Positions 27,686 through 42,087 are shown, numbered from the stretch's first letter. The stretch is 64,000 nt of DNA from Tubiluchus corallicola (GCA_030141605.1 JAQGDQ010000663.1:1-64000), one strand, 5' to 3'. The notes: a model not told the origin generated them from the letters alone. Translations and numbers: made by a program.

Positions 27686-29050
27686 ATTCCTGGCGAAATG
27701 TATCACTGACCAAGTGCATACTGGCGATCCGTGCCACTGGCAAACAGACATATTGGATTAAAGGTATTAGGGTAATAACAGCACAGAAATCTTACTGGTG
27801 GCAGTACCACTTTTTAGTTGCAATGCTTTGTTAGAAGTAATAACGTAATAACATAGCAGAGTAATTTTGCCGGCAAACAGTAATTGCAAACCGTACCGCT
27901 GGCGAATCTTAAAACTGGCAAACTGTACTTGTGGCGAACCGTGCCACTGGCAAACTGTACTTGTGGCGAACCATGCCACTGGTAAACTGTACTTGTGGCG
28001 AACCGTGCCACTGGTAAACTGTACTTGTGGCGAACCGTGCCACTGGCAAACTGTACTTGTGGCGAACCGTGCCACTGGCAAACTGTACTTGTGGCGAACC
28101 GTGCCACTGGTAAACTGTACGTGTGGCGAACCGTGCCACTGGTAAACTGAACTTGTGGCGAACCGTGCCACTGGCAAACTGTACTTGTGGCGAACCATGC
28201 CACTGGTAAACTGTACTTGTGGCGAACCGTGCCACTGGTAAACTGTACTTGTGGCAAACCGTGCCACTGGTAAACTGTACTTGTGGCAAACCGTGCCACT
28301 GGTAAACTGTACTTGTGGCAAGCCACAACGCTAGTGAATCGTACTACTGGCAAATTATACCACAGGAGAACCAAAAAAATTTGTTAGAAGCCGTAAGGTA
28401 ATAATGTAGCAGAGATATTTTATTAGAGAACTGTACTAGTGGCAAACTGTAACTAGTGGTAAACTGTACCATTGGCAAACCGTGCCACTGGTGAAGTGTA
28501 CTTGTGGCGAACCATGCGACTGGCAAACTGCAACACTGGTGAACATTAGTAGTGGCAGACTGTACTAGTGGCAAACCGCACTACTGGCAAACATACCATT
28601 GGAAAACTAAAACTTTTTGTTAGAAGCGGTAAGGTAATAACATAGCAGAGAAACTTTATTGGAAAACTGTGCTACTGGCGAACTGTGGTAGTGGCGAATG
28701 GTGCCATTAGTGAACCATACTAGTTAAGCAGTACCACTGGCAAACTGTACTGGGGAGATCTGTACCACGGGTGAACGACACTAGTGGCAAACTGTACCAG
28801 TGGCAAATTGTACAACTGGCAAACTGTACTAGTGGCGAACAGTACCACTGGCGAATCGTGCTAATGGCAAACCGTACCACTGTCAAGCTGCTGTAGTGGC
28901 AAACCCTACCACTAACAAACCATACCAGTAATGAACTGTACCACTCGTGAACCGAAACATTGGTGAACCATACCACTGGAGAACTGTACTAGTAGTGAGC
29001 CGTAGCGCTGGCGAACCGTACTAGTGGCGAATCGAACCACTGTCGAAGTG
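27686..29050. repeat. 16/32-bp tandem repeat (ccgtgccactggtaaactgtacttgtggcgaa) with interspersed ~50-bp modules; related fragment at 22487-22625
   Basis: Homogeneous 32-bp core at 27915-28325 with degenerate 16-bp units on both sides. Confidence 0.9.
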
Positions 29051-29302
29051 TGCGTTCATTCCAAGGTTTTGTTGTTTTGTCTGTTTGTCTTTACGTTTGT
29101 CCATACATTTATGTGTTTATTAACACATGTCTACATTTGCAGTCGTATAAAAGAATAAACAATGGCACAATATTCTGAGAGTACTTTCAGTCCTGTTATT
29201 CCCATAAATGCCTCTCTTGCTTAAGAGGCTGCAAATTAATACGTATTACCTTCTGTAAATATAATTACATACAACCCACATATTATATTATTATATACCC
29301 AC

Positions 29303-29442
29303 CATGTTAACAAGCTGCGACAGTTTTAATTCCATTTTCACAGTGACAAGTTCAGAAACTTTCTCAACTGGACGGATGAGTTTGTTGTGATTTGATAGCA
29401 ATCTGTTGAATAATCTCTCAGCATCTGGACTGGCTTCACAAC
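29303..29442 (-). CDS. nAChR alpha subunit, exon 2 (CEASPDAERLFNRLLSNHNKLIRPV...KLSQLVNM)
   Basis: Typical N-terminal helix and NKLIRPV motif of nAChRs; TAG acceptor and GTGGGT donor; 140 bp. Confidence 0.92.
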
Positions 29443-29669
29443 CTACAACAACATCACTAGCATCTCAATAACTAGATATTCTAGTTTCCAGGGCATTCTT
29501 TAAACGCCTTACCATATTAATAACTGAAAGGTGACAATAAGAACGAATTTTGTAAGGTCTAGTGCAACTGTGAGTTTTTCGTGTACAAAGAAAGGAGTTT
29601 TTAAAGTTGTGGATTCCCCATAAGAGCAGCAGCCTAAGATTATCAGATCTCACACGTCAGATAATATAA

Positions 29670-30322
29670 GAAAAGGTAAGGTAAGTTAATGTAAGTAAGG
29701 TAAGGTAAGGTAAGGTAATGTAAAGTAAGATAAGATAAGGTAGGGTAAAGTAAGCTGAGATAAGACAAGACAAGACAAGATAACACAAGACAAGACAAGA
29801 CAAGACAAGGCAAGACAAGACAAGGCAAGAGAAGACAAGACAAGACAAGACAAGACAAGACAAGACAAGACAAGACAAGACAAGACAAGACAAGACAAGA
29901 CAAGACAAGGCAAGGCAAGGCAAGGCAAGGCAAGGCAAGGCAAGGCAAGGCAAGGCAAGGCAAGGCAAGGCAAGGCAAGGCAAGACAAGACAAGACAAGA
30001 CAAGACAAGACAAGACAAGACAAAACAAGACAAGACAAGAGCAAGACAAGACAAGACAAGACAAAACAAGACAAGACAAGACAAGAGAAGCAAGACAAGA
30101 CAACACAAGACAAGGCAAAACAAGACAAGACAAGAGAAGCAAGACAAGACAACACAAGACAAGACAAGAGAAGCAAGACAAGACAAGACAAGACAAGACA
30201 AGACAAGACAAAACAAGACAAGACAAGACAAGACAAGACAAGACAAGACAAGACAAGACAAGACAAGACAAGACAAGACAAGACAAGACAAGACAAGACA
30301 AGACAAGACAAGACATGACAAG
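29670..30322. repeat. Compound pentanucleotide microsatellite (TAAGG)n-(CAAGA)n-(CAAGG)n-(CAAGA)n
   Basis: Direct reading. Confidence 0.98.
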
Positions 30323-30707
30323 AGAAAATAAATTTTATTTAATGTCGATCATCTACATAAATAGCATGAATAGTATAGAGAATAGTAGCATGAAACAATG
30401 TAAGGGTAACTAACTACGCCTAAAATAATAGTAAGAGTAATTTTATGCGTTTAGAAACATTTTTTATCGTATAATTGGTACTAAAGATACAGAATTAACA
30501 GTTAACGGATAAACGCAGTTAACACACATAGTTCGGGGTAACTGCGCCAGATGGCGCCTCGATCTTCGTCAAGTCACTAAAACTGCGGCAAAATAAGATA
30601 ACTGCGACCTGCGGTCAGTGCATCCTACAACTGCACCCATCTCTCTTTCTCTCCCTTTCCCACATAGTAACATCCAGTAAAATAAAACAAAAAATGATTT
30701 TTTATTT

Positions 30708-31030
<323 letters not shown>

Positions 31031-32183
31031 GCTTTGTCTATGTTGCTCTTAGATTTATTTCACAGAAAACTAATCACAGGCGCATTTTTTTCTGGCTTCC
31101 TGGGAAACTCATGGATAAACGTTTATAATCACCAGCATCCGACAGCTGCAAGCTTTCGTTCCGTAACTGTTATTGCTTACACACGTCTGAGCTGCTTTAG
31201 TTATTTTTAACCATTCAAATCCTGTAGATGCGCCTTGATTTTGTGAACTAAGGCTAAAGCCCAGGCGCTATTTACAACGTTACGCATGCCATATTTCCAT
31301 TAAGTTTATCTAAAGCATAATATAGGCATTAAAATTATTATGAAACAGCCATGGGTTGAGAAAAGAGCCTACTCTCACAGCGGTATTCTCAACGATACGT
31401 TTTAACGTACTTTTCAACAAAATCCGACCGCCACACAAACTCATCATGCATTGCGTTAAATATTAAATCTAGAATTGTTAACATCGTTGTGCGCCATCTA
31501 ATAAATTATTATTGAATCATCAGGTTACCGCATATTTAAATGTCGCGTAGATTCGATTTTTGTAAACTTATTGAAACTTTAACGTGAACTTAACCTAAGA
31601 TGATCTTTTGAGTAAATTATTTTGTGAGAACAAAAGCACATGTCTAGATTACATACTATCAGTTTCTTCCCTGTGTAAACTATCAAAGTTGAAGTACGTG
31701 TAGCAAGTGTTTGTTCAAAGTTTCTGTTAAAAGTCTTTTCACTGCACTAGCTGAATTTGTGAGCGTTCTCAGTATACAATTACTCAAAATTATCAACAAG
31801 ACCCTTTAAAATTTAAAAAATGTACTCTCGTTTCAAAAGCTCACGTTAAGACCAATAATGAAAGAGAACGTTTGGCGTTCTGCTGCTAGAACATTACTAA
31901 CAATTAGCCAGTTTTGTTTCAGAAGAAAATGATAATGATGATGATGATGATGAAGGCCATGAAATGATCCTGACTATGACGACAGCAACGGTGGACATAT
32001 AGCTAATGATGATGAATTCTTTTTTGCCACAGAAATGGAGTAGATATTCTGTTAAATGCAAATATGTCATTATCATTTCACATAAAGAGTTAAGAGACAA
32101 CCGGTAGAAGTAAAGGCTCTCAATTAGTGAAATAACTTACACAATTTCACTGATGTAATTAAAGCAAACGCGCGCAGACTTAC

Positions 32184-32265
32184 CCATAAAACTTGTAGTC
32201 CAAATCACTGCAATAGCAGTTACAACGACACATTGATTTAGCATCGATAAGTTCCTGCATGCCAT
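32184..32265 (-). CDS. nAChR alpha subunit, exon 1 (signal peptide MACRNLSMLNQCVVVTAIAVIWTTSFMG)
   Basis: ATG at 32265, hydrophobic leader, GTAAGT donor in phase 1 that matches the phase of exon 2. Confidence 0.8.
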
Positions 32266-35200
32266 GATGCGTCCTTCGTTCAGAGCCAAAACCGCACGCA
32301 GATGAAATCAAAGTTTACATAGCAGAGATTTCATTTGCTCTGTTCAAAATTCCAAACTACAGCACTGCTCTCTTTTAAACTGAATCAGTTCACGTCATTC
32401 GCGGATTCTCTTCGTAAGTACCAGCTTCTCGTCAAGACAATGTACGTTTACTCTCAGCTGTACATAGTTTTGGACGGCGCTAGATGGGCTAAAGCAGAGA
32501 TGTGGGAACCGTATACTTAGCGTTTATGTAATGAAGCCTGTGTTGGTTTATTCAAAGTGAGAGCACGCAGCAAGCCGGACTGACTCGGGGTTTCTGCATT
32601 AGAAATCTCAGTGGTTCCTCAATATGACTATCAAACGAGCGCTTATTTACAACGACATTGCTTACTGTGTGGGGGAGGGTGGGAGAGGGGTGAGATGTAG
32701 CTGTTTAGGTTGGAGCACAATGGATAGGATCAGAATGGAAGTACGTTTTGCCCAAGTGAATGCTCACACCAGACAATAATCCACTAGTTTGTAGTTGTTT
32801 CAGTTAAAATAATTTTCTCTGCTTTGTTACACAAACTTACTACGATGTCTTCGTATGAATTTACAGTAATTTACAAAGTTCACTAACAGCATCAATCTCT
32901 ATTTTATTTTACTAGTATTACCATTAAAATGGAAAGAACTCCATCGTTTATCATTTCAGTCTTCTTTTGTGAAGGGGTTAGGCTGGGCAGAAACATAGTC
33001 GTACGGGAGGAAGTTTCACCAGGGAGGCGGGGGACAGAAGGATTTTGCCCGAACATGTTTCTAGTTGGAGTGATTTCCAATATAGGTGCAAACAACAAGT
33101 TATTTAAATTTATGTTGAGTAAAGAGTGACAAAGTGTCTGAGACAAAATATTTACACTTATAGGTCTACGTGTTTGGAGGTTAAGGAAATCACAGCCTTT
33201 ATATACATAAAAGTGATCACAAAATGACGAAAGGTATTTCTAAATATTTTAATCATTATATAATTTTCATTAATGCGTTTTTTAAAGTTTCTTTCATTCA
33301 CTATTGTCAGAAATCAAATTATAATTAAAAAATTAAAGAAAGGAAAAGGCAAATGAAAAATGACACCATTCCCATTGAGAAAGCAACATAAATCATACCT
33401 CTGTTCATTTCTGGCACTCAGCGCTGCGAATAACGGATATTAAGATAAATACTCTTCACTCAAAATTAATTGCTTTTTACAACAGTTTTATCAGTTTTAT
33501 CTATTCTTTTTGGTTTCTTCTATACGGGGGTGGGGGTGGGGGCGGGGGCGGAGGCGGGGGTGTTCTAATCTCCTGACACCCTATGGCACCTGCAATCGTA
33601 TTAGTATATAAATGCAAGAAGTCCATCTTATAATAACCTTTACTAAAAAGTCTGTCAAAAGTTTGTGTTTTCACTTAAACCAAACATGCAAATACCTTCA
33701 GGTAACTCTTTCCAACGTTCCAAAATTCAATTGATATAATGGTGGCGATTTTTCTTTTCCTGTTCCAAGCATGTCTATAGCCTTGCTAGTACTTAAAAAA
33801 GTGTACAAAGGTCTTACGAGAATTGGTGAACTAAAATTGATAACATATACTATTAGAAACTTTTAAAATTATGTAAAGTTAAAAACAATTCGTTGTTCAA
33901 GAAACCCTTTAATTGCAGCTTCTAAAAAGAGTTTATGCAACCGTAAACAATTTTTGAATATTGAAATTTTAATTTTTACAAATGTACAAATGTACAATTC
34001 ATTTGCCCTGGGAGGGTAATGAGTTAAAACAACATGATGTACTTATTTACATTATCACTTCATAACATACAATCTGTAAATGAAAATATACAACATATTA
34101 GACGTCACAACGTATTGCAATTCAATAATTGATCATGGGAATTTCTATCCCGACACTTACAGTGTCTTTATAAGGTTTAGAGATTGCTTTGTCTCTAGAC
34201 CAGGGTGCTCCGTCAACTATCACAGCCGCCATGTCTTTCGCAACGAGTTATTTCCTGCCTCGGACTTTATACCAGGCTTAATCATTAAACAGTTACACGG
34301 TTTATGAAGCGATAAAACAGGTTACCTATATACATGCTTGCACAATAAAACTGCGGAATTAATTGTGCACTCTTTCTTTAGGTACTTCGTACAATTATTT
34401 ATGCAGACCAAATTTTAATTGCTTACTTCAGAAATGAGTTTCCGACACATAACTAGAATCAAAACATTCGCTAAAAACCTAATCAATATGGGTGTAAACA
34501 ATAAAAATCAACTACTGATAGGATTGTCAGGCTGCAAAATTGCTGAATATAGTCATACTGAAATCATTGAAGCATCATAATTAGAAACCATCATACTGGT
34601 GTAACGGAAAACCAAAACAGCAATATCATCAGCATCAAAGTACAATCAGAACTAAAATAACGTGAAACAATGTTAAAGAAATATTCTGATTCAAAACATA
34701 ATGGAACATATATGACCAGCAACTTAAACAATGTCTTATCTTCCTTCAGCAAGATAAAGGCAAAGTTTAACCCTCACTGTTCGTTTAACAATCTAAGCTT
34801 ACAAAAGTGATGCAAACGAATTTATGGAGAAAGACAGCGAATCACCCTATTCTAACAACGAGACCTATAGTTACGTTATTTAAACATTTTTTTTGTTTTT
34901 TTTTCAGTTGAACAGCCGTTACAGATACAATATCCCACATCTCATATGGAATGTCCCGTGGCGTATTAAGTAAATATTGTTCGAGTCTTTGTTTTTAATC
35001 ACTAGTGTACTAATACGATGCTGAAACAAGTAACTAACACAACCATAGTATGTTTGTATTATAATTGTTATACAACTGTTCTTTTTTATAGTGCTGCTTA
35101 CTTATGCAGTTTGTACTGAGCATTTTAGTGTCTGGGTATTTCACTGTTGAAATTGACGTCAAACATGTTGGTCTATCGCTCCGCCTCCGCTGTGATGTAA

Positions 35201-36164
35201 GCACGCTCAGCGGCATTCGGGACAACAGCTCACGCATTACAACACTGTCTAAACTAAACTAAACGAAACTGAACAACATGACAGTCACAACTATTGTGTA
35301 ATCAGCAGATAAACTGATTGCACTTTTTCGTAAACACAAATTTGCAGAACAGCAGCTATTTTTACACGAAATTGACACTTCAAGTAGCCAAAAAATGACT
35401 TTTCAATTTAAACAGAATGTAGAGACGAACTTTCAAAGCACTGCAAAATACAGAGACATAAGTATAATCAAGAAACTTAGCCAGTTAGCCTTGCTTTACA
35501 ATAAATGGGCAACAAAAATATTAAGTCTCTCTTGCCTTTGAACATACGAACATCATTCATGGCTGCGATGTATTTCTCTAAATCTCTATATTAATTGATG
35601 ATGTGCTCGTCTGCAACATTTATTAAGGTTTTGTATTTTTCCGTTTGTCAGGCTACGGAAATGGAATAAATTTGATTGTTCCTTTCCATATTCAACCCTT
35701 ATATTGAATGCGAGTTTTGACCACATTTAAGTTAATTTTGACTGTGAAGATCTCATTGAAGTTTATAAAAACTGACCAGAAAAGAAAACATCTTGTTTTG
35801 CCCTTATTTAAAGTTTTATCAAATAGTTGTTTTTATCTAACTTGTAAAGCCATAAACTAAATTAAACTAAACTTCGTATTTTCTTGATTGCAAAATGGTT
35901 TAATCAGCAACTCATAGACGTAAGCGTTGTGCATTTTTTCGTATAAACGAAATATTCGTATAAACGAAAAAACTAGACTTTAGATTTCCACTAATTCACT
36001 TGCAATTTCAATTGACAATAACAAAACCTAGAAGCAGGTCAATATTTCTTCTGCTAACTAATGAAAAGTTGAGCATTTTTCAAAACAGTGTTAGAAGGAG
36101 TTGCAGCTAAATGTCCCGAATGTACGTGCGTTAAGTATGCTCTGCAGGGGTGTGCGAAACAACT

Positions 36165-36171
36165 TGCACGC
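36165..36171 (+). promoter_or_regulatory. Candidate metal response element core TGCACGC (another, TGCACTC, at 34366-34372)
   Basis: Matches TGCRCNC ~820 bp upstream of the MT ATG; a 7-mer can occur by chance. Confidence 0.35.
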
Positions 36172-36366
36172 TGATTGGGCAGTCAGCGAAAATGATTGAC
36201 ATTATGTTAGACGTTAATTGCTATAAACAGATCGCAAAACGTCAATGAACCAGGGGGGGGGTCCACCTCGCGACGGCCAATTAGCTCTCCCTTTGTCTTC
36301 CCTCCTTCTTCGCCTGAGTTAAGCAGAAAATATACTGCGAGAGTTAACATCAATTGTGCATTATTG

Positions 36367-36400
<34 letters not shown>

Positions 36401-36985
36401 TTTCTCCAAAGTTACCAGGACCAAATTTACCTGCACCAAACTTACTACTACCAAATTTTTCCATGCTTTCCGGTTTGTCTACATGCTGTAAGAACTTGCA
36501 GCGAGGATGTTTGTGAGAAAGTGTGTTACGTCATCAAGTTGGGCGGGCCTAAACTCGGCTTGCTATCTGTGTGTAATTTAGTGTACGAATCAAGGCACTA
36601 ATGACTAATATACAAATAACAACAAAAACACATTACCCCATACCGTTGCAGTAATTCCTGAAAATGATGGTTCACTGGATACGGCTATTTGCATGGCCTC
36701 ATGCGAATGAGGTCACGGTTGAAGCGCCGGGCAAAATGTTTAAAAAGCGTGTGAATCGGTGGGTATGACAGGTTACACAATACATAATGTCAAGTGAGTA
36801 ATGATGCTTAAAGCCCTTGGCTATTATAGGAGGACTGAAGATACTGTTAACTTGTCAACGCTACAGTAGTACTGATACATAAGTTCCGTTGACAACTTAG
36901 TTTAAAACACTTTGCTTGGAGTAGCAACCGCGCCTGGGAAGAGATAAGAAATCTAACTGCGCAACCAGCAGACACCTAGGCAATA

Positions 36986-36998
36986 ATGCCAAAATCAG
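36986..36998 (+). CDS. Metallothionein exon 1 (MPKS + G of Ala)
   Basis: ATG CCA AAA TCA G|GTAAGC; phase 1 matches the acceptor at 37765. A very short first coding exon is typical of MT genes. Confidence 0.7.
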
Positions 36999-37765
36999 GT
37001 AAGCCCTTTGTTTTATTATTTTTATCTATTTTTCTGATTTAGACGTGCATTTTGTTTTTCGATGTTTATATAAGTTCAAGGCTTTGGAAACCTTTTCGTA
37101 TTATAAGGCAAATAATTTTGTAACAAATTTTATTGACGAAACACTTACTTCCATATTCTTACGGCTGTGCAGAAAAACTCATTGGTCCACGTTCCAAGAT
37201 TCTAGCGTTGAAATTAACTGCGTTAATTCACATTCCAGCATTATGAAAGAGCTGAGGACTGGAAGACATGCAATTTGAGTCTATTATACATGGTTCATTT
37301 ATAGGCATAACCATTTTGGCAACAAATTTGAAAATATACGATGATTGCTGAAATCCTATAAAGAGCAATAATAATTTAGAAAGTCTGGAAAAATTCTTCA
37401 CTCTACTGAGACTCGAACCCAAGACCATTTGTTTTTAAAGTTATTTACCCATATCATCTTAGCTTTTCTAGTAGCTCTTTGGTATTTGTTATGGTTTTAC
37501 TAGCAGAATGTAATCAAGAATAACTAGTCTCAAGAAACATTCGACTTAGTTACAAGGCTTGCATATCTTGACATAGCTGGAATACGTGCTATATAAACAG
37601 TGTTGGTGGCTATCTTTATTTAAATGGAATTTGCGCATTACTAGAGATGATTGGTAAAAACTGTCAACAATATATTGTTGTTGTTGTTTGCTGTTGCTGC
37701 CGCCGATCCTTTTGAACTTGATGATGGCGTTTTTTGCTCTATTGATGCTTTTTCTGTGTTTTTAG

Positions 37766-37959
37766 CTGAATGCAAGTGCTTAAATTGCACATGTGGCGAC
37801 AACTGCCAGTGCACATCTAACCAGTGCGCATGCTCCGTGGATTGCAAGTGCAACCCGTGCACATGCACCTCTTGCAAGTGTGGGCAGTCCAGTGAAAAGT
37901 GTTGCGACAAGGGATGCAAATGCACCGACTGCAAATGCACCAACTGCGGCGGGAAGTAG
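37766..37959 (+). CDS. Metallothionein exon 2 (spliced protein 68 aa, 21 Cys, no aromatic residues)
   Basis: Nine CxC motifs plus CC; Lys/Thr/Ser-rich; polypyrimidine-TAG acceptor; AATAAA at 38181. Confidence 0.92.
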
Positions 37960-40629
37960 ACAGCCTCGTGCTTCCACCTGGATTATATTTTCTGAAATTC
38001 TTCATGATGACCAAACACAGCAACAACAACGGCGTAAATGAAACTCCAGAAAAGAATTTCGTCAATATTTTGAATGCTTTGCATTAGAAAACAATTGCTA
38101 ATTTGTTAGAAAATCTGGTACTTAAATGTTGACATTAACTAAATAATCTGATTAGTATATGTTTCCATGAAATGATTAGAAATAAAAAAACTCCAAAATC
38201 CAGTCTTTTAATCATTTTAATAGTTGGTTTCAACCTTTTTAGAGATGTAGGAACCATTCAAACCACTCAGTTGTACTATATTAAATAAAAGTTCGTTTGC
38301 AACAGAGTAAATTGTTATGGCTGTCATTTACTGAAAAAAAGCAAAACGACCTTCGCCTATAAGCCGTTAAAAATGAATTTATATTTTTCATCTGTCTTCC
38401 TATCTCCTCGACGTGCATACGACTTGCGTACGATTTACACAAAAAGCACTGGTACACACTGCATAGAACTAGCCTGAGATCAACGACTCAGACTACATTA
38501 TAACAGTGCTGCATCGACATGCCAGGAGGATTATGCTTTGTGTTTGCAGTATTATATAACTCGCGTGTATTGATCCTGTCGAAAACGCTTATTTTTAGCA
38601 GTTGAAACATAAAACGCTTAATTTTATAACGATGAAGTGAATGTTTTTAACTTTATGTAAAAAGTTTGAATCTTTGCAAAATAGGCGGGACAGCAAAACT
38701 TGGGCGACTGAAACCCCTGAATTGAATTACTTTTCGCATTTTCGACGTAAAGAAAATACTGAATTGAGTTTAATTTGCAGCAATTTTCTAAATATATGCA
38801 CTTTTACTTTTATATCGAAAACAGGAAAGTAATTAAAATATGGGCATAATTGTTGATGAATATCACATCTTTACAATGATGATACTTCCAACGACGATGA
38901 AGCAAGAGTGATTAGTATATGTTTAGTAATAAAGGTTTCATCTGGTCTGTTATAAGAGACCTACGTTTTAGTGAAAAGAAAATGACAATATGACAAAATT
39001 CTGGCACCATTAAATGTGTACGTCAAGTCTAATACAAAAAGACTTTAGACATACATAATTATACTGTGCCCACGATAATGAGCGAAGGAGAAACATAGTG
39101 ATTGTCAGTGCTATTATGACTACTGCCTTGCTAGCTAGACTTTTGCACAGAAAAATTATCATATTATATGAATGTATGAAAGAAGCCTAATTCAGCTAAT
39201 TACATGGCCAGTTGGGCATAATGTATACTATAGACTTATCCTATACTATACTATAGACTTGAAAAACAATTACACGCGTAATTGATTACGATGCAAATCT
39301 AACTTTGAAAAACCAGTTTGCAAGGAAAGATCCATGCAAACAAAACACAAAACATTTAAACTCCAGATATGCCATACTGGCGTAGTTCTCGGCAGATCTC
39401 ACATAATCGTTATATTGACGTTTATTTTAATAAACTGATAATAATTTTTACCGCCTTTAAATTCAGCCTGCTATGACGTTTTTGTACTAACCTCCATACA
39501 ATATCACGAGCATAAATACCTACAAAGAACAAGACTATTCTTACACAACAACATCATCGCCCCAACAACAAACTCTCATATAAAACATCAGCTTATCATG
39601 TAATAGTATTATAATTCTTTGTGCATTTTAGAATTATTCTCATTTTCATAATAATAGTACTCATATGTACTGAAACGTTAATCTTTATAATTACTTTATT
39701 ATAATATAGTTGTGTGCTTTGCCATTTTCAATTCAATGATTTCCCAATTATTAAAGTTTTAATACTCATATTTAATATTATATTCAGAACCAAAGCATTT
39801 GGTACAGTACAGCATCTAATCTTCCTGTTTGTGCAGCGCTGATTTCAAATTGTTAATAACCAGTGCCACTTTTGGCAAAAAATTACACTTTTAAGCAACC
39901 CAGTAATAATAGTTGTAGCCCAATTATTCTCTTAGGGGAATCTCAACGAAAGGCTGTGAAGACCGTCAAGACTTTGAACCTTGATATTATTTTCTTCATC
40001 TCCTTCTCCTTCTTCAAAGTCTCACTCCATCTATTGTAGATATTGAGGCATTAACATTTATTAGAACATTCCACCTACTTCTATCTGCAGATAACAGGCA
40101 AGTTCTTTTACTCCTAAATCTAGATTTGGTTGAACTTGTTGAACATCTCTATCTATCTTAGCTATCCAAGTTGTTTTTGGTATGAAAGGTGGTTCTTTGC
40201 AAGCTTTTAAGGCGTTTCTTACTTCACTTGGTAATCTTAGAAGATATCCTAGCCATTTTAATTATGTGTGGCTATCTTATCTTCAAAACTTTCCTTATAA
40301 GACTTCTATGAAACGTGTCAATCTGCTTTTCTTGAGTAATCACTAAGCTTCATGTTTCACTACTGTACATAAGTATGTTAGTAATATTTTCAAGATATAA
40401 TAACAAAATTTCATTTAAATGCTGTTGCATTAACGACAGTTGCTACTATAGCTCTTCCTATGTGCTATTTTGGTGTTTGTTTTGTATCGTCACTCATCAG
40501 AGTGTTCATTGTTCAAGTTCTATTTTGTCATAAAATAGAAATATTTTGTCATAGAAACGTTGAGTGTGGACAAAATTACAAAATTATGTTTAAACGAGCA
40601 AAGAATTCCTGTCAGGATTGCCTAGCTTG

Positions 40630-40957
40630 CGTCTCATCACGTGAATTTGATGACGTTCCAGACGTCAGAAAAAAGGAGTGACTTGCTATGATTTTCGACG
40701 AAGTGATTTGCCAGTAGCTTGAGCACGTGATATTTTGTTCTAGAAAGCTCCATCCTTGACATCTGCTCGACAGGATCAAAACAAAAACAGTACGAGGTGA
40801 GGGAAGAAGAATGTAAGTATTTATAAAAATATTGTTGTTGCAGTAGCCATTGAATACTGTGTTTGATAAGTGAATTAAAAAGATTGCGAGAGTGTTTGTG
40901 AATATATTTTTAGTATTCGTGCTCAAGGTTTTTCTAGAATCTTAATGAATTTGGAAG
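40630..40957 (+). promoter_or_regulatory. Probable CREBRF-like promoter and non-coding first exon
   Basis: Cluster of CACGTG (40638, 40724) and GACGT(CA) motifs followed by a strong AAG|GTAAGT donor at 40957. Confidence 0.5.
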
Positions 40958-41520
40958 GTAAGTGATGCTGTAGTAGCGAAAGTGTACGACCATGTTGCGC
41001 AATCATGTGATGTTGTTGACAATTTTATGGTTATTGAGCCAAATTAGCTAAATAACCTCTAAGATCCGATTCGCAGAATAGCGTGAAAATAATGTAAGTA
41101 AGCCTAAAATACTAAGTTTAAAATTGTATGGAAGTGGCCATTTTACTTTTCTTGTTTGGTATGTTTACATGTGTATTCTTTCACGTGTAACTGGCGAATT
41201 CCAGTTCGTTTACTCTACAAAATACAACAAAATTATTTTGAATACTGGTTGTTCCTTAGAAGTTTTCCGTAGTTATGAACAATATGAGATAATTTTACTG
41301 TTTTACAATAAATGACTAACAGAAGAGGAGGAAAAAGTTGGGAAAGAATGACAATACAAGGTATTGTGCATGGTATGGCGCAGAACGTCACTACACATTT
41401 TTATACTATTTTGGGTCAAATGTCTATATTAATTGATTATGTTGCGGGTGTCCATGACGTTTATAGCACTGCATTTAGCTGCATAACCTTTAAACAGTGT
41501 ATGTATGATCTAGCTGGTAC

Positions 41521-41567
<47 letters not shown>

Positions 41568-42087
41568 CGTCTGTCTAGTGGTAAACCTTTGATTCTGTTT
41601 CTGAGGTTTTTTACAAGTGACAGGCCGTAAAATATGTTTTAAAGTATATTATGTTGTTAAGAGAAAGCTCAGGTCAACTCTTAATTTAACAGAAAAAATT
41701 GCTTTGAGCTTTGTTAAGTTTTTCTGGGTGAGATGAATTGTTTTCAGTTAGCGGGAAGAAATGCGATGCCTAACAATGATGTTGGCAGGATTATGTAATT
41801 TTTTATGTTTGGCATATGGAGATCTTTGTAGTTTAAAGCAATTATGAGCTGTTGTAATTTACTAGATTGACCAGAGTTAAAATAAAAATGTACAAAATAT
41901 AGGGCTCAGCCTCCTACCATATGAATATCTTTGAATAATTGTGGGTAAAAATTTACAAGTACTATGGTTCTTGTTAATATTTAAAAGAAAAGTTTATGTC
42001 TTCAGCACAAGAAATGACTTGTCTAGCACACCAAGAACTTCATTGTAATGTTGTCTGCTATAAATAGTTGAAAAAAGTACATCTCGG

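Noticed and set aside
27767-28374. Several long ORFs with repeated peptides
   Set aside because: Produced by a stop-poor 32-bp tandem repeat open in multiple frames; no coding evidence.
37651-37765. Apparent signal-peptide-like N-terminus on the metallothionein ORF
   Set aside because: Non-ATG start and read-through of intron sequence ending in a polypyrimidine-TAG acceptor; a phase-compatible ATG exon exists at 36986.
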